Positions 1-4,270 of a DNA stretch of 4,270 nt are shown here, piece after piece. The notes beneath the pieces are model-generated. The model did no database searches. It had not been told where the DNA came from and worked only from the letters and a program-made list of their open reading frames with translations. Position numbers and translations under genes: made by a program. Source of the stretch: a virus (lineage: Duplodnaviria; Heunggongvirae; Uroviricota; Caudoviricetes); IMG/VR virus record IMGVR_UViG_2706794685_000016, one strand, 5' to 3'. The stretch's first letter is position 1. Each line of letters opens with the position of its first letter.

Positions 1-282
1 ATGTCGTCGGTAATGTGTGATGGTCTGTTAGTGGGTAATGCCGAAATTATTCCGTTCAGTCCGCGCAGGTATCTTTATCACGCCTATCTGGCATATATGA
101 GGGCACACGGATTCGGTAAACCTGTAACACTGACGCGCTTCGGTAAAGATATGCCGGGGGCAATGGCGGAATATGGCAGGGAGTATATGAAACGGAAAAC
201 GAAGCACGGTTTGCGTTCAAATGTGACCCTGACAGAGGATTCAGAAGACTGGATGCCATCATGTGCAATAGGTCACAAATGA
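1..282 (+). CDS. Putative 3' end of a replication initiator gene (P4 alpha-like primase/helicase origin-binding region); possibly a complete 93-aa ORF instead
   Basis: Seen: frame open from nt 1 (ATG) to TGA at 280-282. Inference: it lies immediately upstream of an iteron array whose core TGTTCACC is the type I iteron bound by the C-terminal domain of phage P4 alpha. Function is assigned by position, not by a recognised motif in the protein. Confidence 0.4.
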   Translation: MSSVMCDGLLVGNAEIIPFSPRRYLYHAYLAYMRAHGFGKPVTLTRFGKDMPGAMAEYGREYMKRKTKHGLRSNVTLTEDSEDWMPSCAIGHK

Positions 283-309
283 CGATGGAAAAAATTAAAC
301 TTATGGAAT

Positions 310-534
310 AACTGTTCACCCTGCAATAAATGTCTTTTATATCAGTATATTATAGGGTGAACAGTTATTTATGAACTGTTCACCAAACTATTCACTGTTC
401 ACCTTTTTGATTCTTTATTGAGCTTTAAGGGTGAACAGTGGTGAACAGTTGGTGAATAGTTTTTGTGAAACTGTTAACCCATTAACATCATGAATAAAAA
501 GGGAAAATTGCAAAAGGTGAACAGGTGAAGGGTT
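310..534. repeat. Iteron array in an AT-rich intergenic region (origin-of-replication-like; ori/crr-type)
   Basis: Seen: forward copies of GGTGAACAGT(T) at 356-366, 430-439, 440-450, 451-461 (1 mismatch), 516-525 (1 mismatch), 524-534 (degenerate); reverse copies AACTGTTCACC at 310-320, 374-384, 394-403 and 469-479 (1 mismatch). Copies 356-366 and 374-384 form a perfect 11-bp inverted repeat with a 7-nt spacer; 430-461 is three head-to-tail copies. Flanked by A/T-rich sequence (481-560). Established: TGTTCACC is the P4 ori/crr type I iteron. Confidence 0.7.
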
Positions 535-575
535 AAAATGCAAAAATTTTATTTTATTGCTGTGAGGTAAAGCCT
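500..575 (+). promoter_or_regulatory. Probable promoter / DNA-unwinding region upstream of the 576 ORF
   Basis: Seen: A/T-rich stretch with a TTGCAA (508-513) and TAAAAT (533-538) pair at 19-bp spacing (non-ideal), and GAGG (564-567) about 8 nt before the GTG at 576. Overlaps the last iterons, so initiator binding could regulate it. Weak match to sigma-70 consensus. Confidence 0.25.
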
Positions 576-821
576 GTGACAACGAAGCACGCCAAAAAAC
601 CACAATCTCACGCCCTTGATTTGACAGAACACTGGCTGAGGGTGGCGATAAAAATCATCGACCGCAACGCCGGGGAAGGATACGCGAAAGCACATCCCGA
701 ACTGATAAGCGCATTCATGACCACGACGGCGGCAAACTTTGCCACGCTGACAGAACGGGAGATTGCCGAAGCGGAACAGGTGACAACCATCAACGTTAAA
801 ACCGGAGAGCAGACAGCATGA
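576..821 (+). CDS. Hypothetical small protein (81 aa), GTG start
   Basis: Seen: ORF with GTG start preceded by GAGG; stop TGA (819-821) overlaps the ATG (818-820) of the next gene in an ATGA arrangement, indicating translational coupling. No recognisable motif. Confidence 0.5.
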   Translation: MTTKHAKKPQSHALDLTEHWLRVAIKIIDRNAGEGYAKAHPELISAFMTTTAANFATLTEREIAEAEQVTTINVKTGEQTA

Positions 822-1201
822 CAGCACAGATAGCGGCTTACGGGCGGCTGGTGGCTGACCCGCAGTTAAAGACCACCAGCAAGGGTACGCAAATGACGAT
901 GGCGAGTATGGCGGTTCCCCTGCCGTGCAGCCAGGCAGATGACGGAACGGCGACGATATGGTTATCCGTCCTGGCGTTTGGCAGACAGGCTGACGCACTG
1001 GCAAAGCACCAGAAAGGCGAGCTGGTGAGCGTGGCGGGTAACATGCAGGTAAGCCAGTGGACAGGCCAGAACGGAGAAACGCGGCAGGGCTGGCAGGTTA
1101 TCGCAGACAGTGTAATCAGTGCCAGAACGGCGCGACCGGGCGGTAAAAAAGGCCAACAGGGGCAGGCCACTGATGCACTGAACAGGGCCAAACAACAGGC
1201 G
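818..1201 (+). CDS. SSB-like single-stranded DNA-binding protein (OB fold), 3' end lost in assembly gap
   Basis: Seen: ATG preceded by GGAG (804-807). The translation aligns by eye with E. coli SSB: IAAYGRLVADPQL versus VILVGNLGQDPEV, and TIWLSVLAFGRQADALAKHQKGELVSVAGNMQVSQWTGQNGETRQ versus [46 protein letters not shown], followed by a Gly/Gln-rich linker (RPGGKKGQQGQ). The reading frame beyond 1201 runs through Ns and is not interpretable. Confidence 0.7.
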
Positions 1202-1465
1202 NNNNNNNNNNNNNNNNNNNNNNNNNNNNNNNNNNNNNNNNNNNNNNNNNNNNNNNNNNNNNNNNNNNNNNNNNNNNNNNNNNNNNNNNNNNNNNNNNNN
1301 NNNNNNNNNNNNNNNNNNNNNNNNNNNNNNNNNNNNNNNNNNNNNNNNNNNNNNNNNNNNNNNNNNNNNNNNNNNNNNNNNNNNNNNNNNNNNNNNNNNN
1401 NNNNNNNNNNNNNNNNNNNNNNNNNNNNNNNNNNNNNNNNNNNNNNNNNNNNNNNNNNNNNNNNN
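1202..1465. other. Assembly gap (264 N)
   Basis: Seen: run of n characters; content and true length unknown. Confidence 1.
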
Positions 1466-1479
1466 ATTTACAAAAAACA

Positions 1480-1522
1480 GGCGCAAAAAAAAGCGCCCCG
1501 ATGGTGCCACCGGAGGCGCTTT
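1480..1522. terminator. Overlapping alternative hairpins (possible terminator for the gene ending in gap 1)
   Basis: Seen: GGCGC(1480-1484)-A8-GCGCC(1493-1497); alternatively AAAGCGCC(1490-1497)-N17-GGCGCTTT(1515-1522). On the minus strand the first hairpin reads GGCGC-T8-GCGCC followed by TGTTTTTTG. No strong U-tract on the + strand, so terminator function is uncertain. Confidence 0.3.
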
Positions 1523-1613
1523 GTCAGCGACAAAGGATACTGCCACTACCGAAATGATGAGTCTTAATTGTGCTGGCTTGGCAATAATTAGTCAATTCTT
1601 TTGCTGGTATGAC

Positions 1614-1643
1614 AAAAATCAGAAAACACATAATCTGATTTTT
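1614..1643. promoter_or_regulatory. Perfect 10-bp inverted repeat (operator candidate) upstream of the morphogenesis genes
   Basis: Seen: AAAAATCAGA (1614-1623), 10-nt spacer AAACACATAA, TCTGATTTTT (1634-1643). It lies about 75-100 bp upstream of the 1717 start and contains a CATAAT hexamer (1629-1634) in the spacer. Confidence 0.4.
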
Positions 1644-1716
1644 AGATAGAAAATGATTTATTTACCAGTTTTATCGATCAATAATGATGCCCGTTAATCA
1701 TAACGGAGGCAGACTT

Positions 1717-1911
1717 ATGCCAGAGAACAACAGCAGAAAACCGGATAAAAGTGCAACAGTGCACATAGACGCCGGAACTATGGAGAAGCTCGAACGCTAT
1801 CAGCAGTTCATTAAAAGTCATCACCCTGGAATGCCAGTACCCACGAAAGGGCAGATTGCGAGAAGCGCGGTTGAATACTGGTACAGGGCAACGTTAGGAG
1901 CCTGGCTATGA
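1717..1911 (+). CDS. Hypothetical small protein (64 aa from the ATG at 1717)
   Basis: Seen: strong SD GGAGG (1705-1709) 7 nt upstream of the ATG at 1717; the in-frame ATGs at 1684 and 1687 lack an SD. Stop TGA (1909-1911) overlaps the protease ATG (1908-1910) in an ATGA arrangement. No cysteines, so not an Ogr/Delta-type zinc finger. Confidence 0.55.
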   Translation: MPENNSRKPDKSATVHIDAGTMEKLERYQQFIKSHHPGMPVPTKGQIARSAVEYWYRATLGAWL

Positions 1912-3053
1912 AAACATGGTTTTCCATTAAGGCTATGGCTGATGTTGTACATGTACGCATTTATGACGAGATCGGCGGGTACGGTGTAAAAGCATCGGCA
2001 CTTACTGACGAGATCAACGCGTGCGGTAATGTGCCTGAAATCCATCTTCGCATCCATTCACCTGGTGGCGACATCTTTGAAGGGCTGGCTATCTATAACG
2101 CCCTGAAAAATCATCCGGCAAAGAAAATTGTACACATTGAAGGCATGGCGGCTTCTATGGCCTCGTTTATTGCCATGTGTGGCGATCACATCGTTATGCC
2201 TGAAAACGCGATGATGATGATACATGCCCCCCGTGGTGTTACTGCCGGAGTGTCGGGCGACGTTCGCCGCTTTGCTGACCTGATGGACAAGCTGGGCGAC
2301 ACGATGGCGGAAACCTACGCCGGAAGAACGGGCAGGAGCAAACAGGAAATCACCGCCATGATGGAGGCGGAAACCTGGATGGATGGCAATGAGTGTAAGG
2401 CTAATGGCTTCGCAGATGAGGTTATACCCGCGATTACAGCAATGGCCAGAATTGAATCAAAACGAATCGGAGATTTTTCGAATATGCCGGAAAATATTAA
2501 AAGCATGATCAGCCAGAAAACTGGCAGCGGAGAACAGGAACGACTCAACGGGATACGTGAATTGTTTGGCACGTTCAATGGAAGATATAACGACCTGGCT
2601 ATAAGTTGTCTTGCTGATTCAGGCTGTAGCGTTGAGGATGCACGCGAACGCCTTTTACTCACTATGGGTAAAGAATCGACACCGACAAACAAAACCACCC
2701 CCGCAAATCTTTACTACGCGTACACGGATAACGGCAACATAACCGGCGATGCAATGCGTCAGGGGCTTAATGCGCGTCTGGGACATGAACAGGCAGAACG
2801 CGGCAACCCTTACGCCATGATGAGCCTTTTCGATATGGCACAGGCATCATTAACCCATCGCGGCATAAGCACAGGCAGCTACAGCACACGCTCGCAGATA
2901 GTAAACGCGGCATTCACCCACAGCAGCAGCGATTTTACTTATATCCTTGCTGGTGGTGCTGAAAAATCCGTGAACACAGCGGCGAAACGTTCCGCCAGTG
3001 GACGAAAAAAGGTTCATTGTCAAACTTCCATGAGGCACGTCGTGTTGGCCTGA
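1908..3053 (+). CDS. ClpP-family prohead (head maturation) serine protease with about 190-aa C-terminal scaffold/linker-like extension
   Basis: Seen: AGGAG (1896-1900) 7 nt before the ATG. The N-terminal half carries ClpP signature motifs in the right order: IHSPGGD (cf. ClpP INSPGG), GMAASMASF with the putative catalytic Ser codon at 2154-2156 (cf. GQAASMGAF), MIHAP with the putative His codon at 2223-2225 (cf. MIHQP), and WMDGNE...FADEVI (cf. the Asp-containing C-terminal region). Established: ClpP-like proteases of this kind process HK97-type proheads. Confidence 0.85.
   Translation: MKTWFSIKAMADVVHVRIYDEIGGYGVKASALTDEINACGNVPEIHLRIHSPGGDIFEGLAIYNALKNHPAKKIVHIEGMAASMASFIAMCGDHIVMPENAMMMIHAPRGVTAGVSGDVRRFADLMDKLGDTMAETYAGRTGRSKQEITAMMEAETWMDGNECKANGFADEVIPAITAMARIESKRIGDFSNMPENIKSMISQKTGSGEQERLNGIRELFGTFNGRYNDLAISCLADSGCSVEDARERLLLTMGKESTPTNKTTPANLYYAYTDNGNITGDAMRQGLNARLGHEQAERGNPYAMMSLFDMAQASLTHRGISTGSYSTRSQIVNAAFTHSSSDFTYILAGGAEKSVNTAAKRSASGRKKVHCQTSMRHVVLA
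3005..3011 (+). other. A_AAA_AAG heptamer in phase with the protease ORF (candidate -1 frameshift site or homopolymer indel hotspot)
   Basis: Seen: frame-0 codons are CGA(3003-3005) AAA(3006-3008) AAG(3009-3011), so the heptamer A AAA AAG is in the phase required for tandem slippage. The -1 frame is open from 2963 and continues for 216 codons into the capsid ORF; frame 0 stops at 3051-3053. Established: A_AAA_AAG is the E. coli dnaX slippery sequence. Confidence 0.35.
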
Positions 3054-3659
3054 ATGGCTTCTCTACATTAAACAAAGTGCCGGAAGGCGCGGAATATAAA
3101 TACATCACCACCAGTGACCGTGGCGAACCAATCGCGCTGGCAACTTACGGAAATATTTTCAGCATTACCCGACAGGCGATTATTAACGATGACCTGAATC
3201 AGTTAACAGTTATCCCACAGGCAATGGGGCGAGCAGCCGCCAGAACGGTGGGTAATCTGGTTCATCTGGTGCTGACAGGAAACACAAAGCTTTCTGACGG
3301 TATACCGCTGTTCAGCAAAAAACACGGAAATGATATTGATAACGGAGTCAGCACTACAGGGCTTGGCATTGCACGCCGTGCAATGCGCACACAGAGGGAT
3401 GAAAACGGTGAGGTGCTGAATATTGTGCCAAAATTCCTTCTTGTTCCTGCGGCTCTGGAAGACAGAGCGTTGCAAATGGTTAACTCAACCACGCCTTTCG
3501 GTGCCGATACAAACAGTGGTTCATATAACCCGTACCACAAACAACTGGATATTATTGTCGATCCCCGCCTTGATGAAGTCAGTGATAAGCAATGGTACAT
3601 GCTTTCAGCACAGGGAACGGACACAATTGAGGTGGCTTATCTTGACGGTAATGACGAGC
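3017..3659 (+). CDS. Major capsid protein domain (HK97-fold-like), 3' end lost in assembly gap; no credible independent start
   Basis: Seen: long ORF in the -1 frame relative to the protease. Its only candidate start is TTG at 3017 with a poor SD; the first in-frame ATG is about 70 codons in. It contains PKFLLVPAALEDRAL, resembling the N-P-x-D-W-A-A-L type motif of HK97-family capsid proteins. Position directly after a prohead protease supports the call. The frame after 3659 runs through Ns. Confidence 0.6.
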
Positions 3660-3933
3660 NNNNNNNNNNNNNNNNNNNNNNNNNNNNNNNNNNNNNNNNN
3701 NNNNNNNNNNNNNNNNNNNNNNNNNNNNNNNNNNNNNNNNNNNNNNNNNNNNNNNNNNNNNNNNNNNNNNNNNNNNNNNNNNNNNNNNNNNNNNNNNNNN
3801 NNNNNNNNNNNNNNNNNNNNNNNNNNNNNNNNNNNNNNNNNNNNNNNNNNNNNNNNNNNNNNNNNNNNNNNNNNNNNNNNNNNNNNNNNNNNNNNNNNNN
3901 NNNNNNNNNNNNNNNNNNNNNNNNNNNNNNNNN
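3660..3933. other. Assembly gap (274 N)
   Basis: Seen: run of n characters; content and true length unknown. Confidence 1.
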
Positions 3934-3988
3934 AGATTCTTTACAAAAAATCTGAGCTTGTTTTCTTAACCAGCGCGATGGGGGCACA

Positions 3989-4270
3989 ATGACAGAAGCC
4001 GAAATACTGGGATTAATCCGCCGCGTCGCCGGAATCAGCCAGCAGGTTGACGAACAGGCCATGCAACCGGACAGCGTGACCGCTGAAAATTATGCGCGTG
4101 TGGTGGATGAGGTAATGCGCCGTGACGGTATTGAGCTTAACGGCGTGGATATGCGCAACATACGAACCAGAGTTCTTGAGTTGCTGGCATACCGTCGCCG
4201 TTCTCAACAACGGAGGGAGAGCGCGAAAAATACTTACCAGTGGAGGAAGCCGGAGCACTTACGGCGGTAA
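3989..4270 (+). CDS. Hypothetical protein (93 aa) downstream of the capsid gene; possibly a head-completion or connector-type protein by position only
   Basis: Seen: ATG at 3989 preceded by a G-rich stretch GGGG (3981-3984); complete ORF ending with TAA at 4268-4270. No recognised motif; the functional guess rests on gene order in HK97-like head modules. Confidence 0.45.
   Translation: MTEAEILGLIRRVAGISQQVDEQAMQPDSVTAENYARVVDEVMRRDGIELNGVDMRNIRTRVLELLAYRRRSQQRRESAKNTYQWRKPEHLRR

Noticed and set aside
310-534. CRISPR array interpretation of the repeat cluster
   Set aside because: Repeat units are only 10-12 bp, occur in both orientations, are partly contiguous and are not separated by regular unique spacers. 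This is iteron-like, not CRISPR-like.
300-575. DnaA boxes in the origin region
   Set aside because: No close match to TTATCCACA was found on either strand by eye, so none is claimed.
818-1567. Full 249-aa extent of the SSB-like ORF as given by the ORF track
   Set aside because: The frame is carried through 264 Ns of unknown true length; the post-gap tail is not acidic as an SSB C-terminus would be, and is more likely intergenic. Only 818-1201 is supported.
1561-1610. Sigma-54-type promoter or repeated TGCTGG motif (1571-1576, 1603-1608)
   Set aside because: No proper GG-N10-GC spacing matching the TGGCAC-N5-TTGC consensus; a 6-mer occurring twice is within chance expectation.
1684-1716. ATG at 1684 or 1687 as the start of the small ORF
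   Set aside because: No SD precedes these codons, whereas the in-frame ATG at 1717 has GGAGG at optimal spacing, so the shorter 64-aa product is preferred.
1717-1911. Ogr/Delta-type late activator identity for the 64-aa protein
   Set aside because: Ogr/Delta proteins are Cys4 zinc-finger proteins; this ORF encodes no cysteine.
3934-3955. Post-gap continuation of the capsid ORF to a stop at 3955
   Set aside because: Same problem: frame continuity across gap 2 is arbitrary. The short AGATT/AATCT hairpin here (3934-3953) is too weak to call a terminator.
3423-3992. + strand ORF of 189 aa in an alternative frame across the capsid region and gap 2
   Set aside because: It lies wholly inside the capsid gene in another frame and spans the N-gap; it has no motif or start context supporting it.
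56-4258. Minus-strand ORFs from the six-frame track (56-319, 415-603, 549-1004, 608-793, 838-1191, 962-1546, 1821-2057, 2315-2698, 2850-3038, 3203-3475, 3262-3624, 3637-4062, 4013-4258)
   Set aside because: Each overlaps a better-supported + strand gene or the iteron region, lacks a convincing ribosome-binding site, and has the Cys/Trp/Arg-rich composition typical of antisense shadow ORFs. Several run through N-gaps.

Overview
Best reading: a fragment of an Enterobacteriaceae-type mobile element (P4-like / PICI-like phage satellite, or a small prophage) in which a replication module sits directly beside a capsid-morphogenesis module, all on the + strand. Left to right: the end of a probable replication-initiator gene (1-282); an AT-rich origin-like region (310-534) packed with about 10 copies of a GGTGAACAGT(T) iteron in both orientations, whose core TGTTCACC matches the P4 type I iteron; a small GTG-initiated ORF (576-821) translationally coupled to an SSB-like OB-fold protein (818 into gap 1); a 250-bp regulatory intergenic region with hairpins and a perfect 10-bp palindrome; a 64-aa ORF (1717-1911) coupled to a ClpP-family prohead serine protease with a long C-terminal extension (1908-3053); then an HK97-fold-like major capsid domain in the -1 frame (3017 into gap 2), joined to the protease ORF across an in-phase A_AAA_AAG heptamer at 3005-3011; and a final 93-aa ORF (3989-4270). 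Two N-gaps (1202-1465, 3660-3933) remove the 3' ends of the SSB-like and capsid genes. All functional calls rest on motifs I recognise by eye and on gene order; no database search was run.
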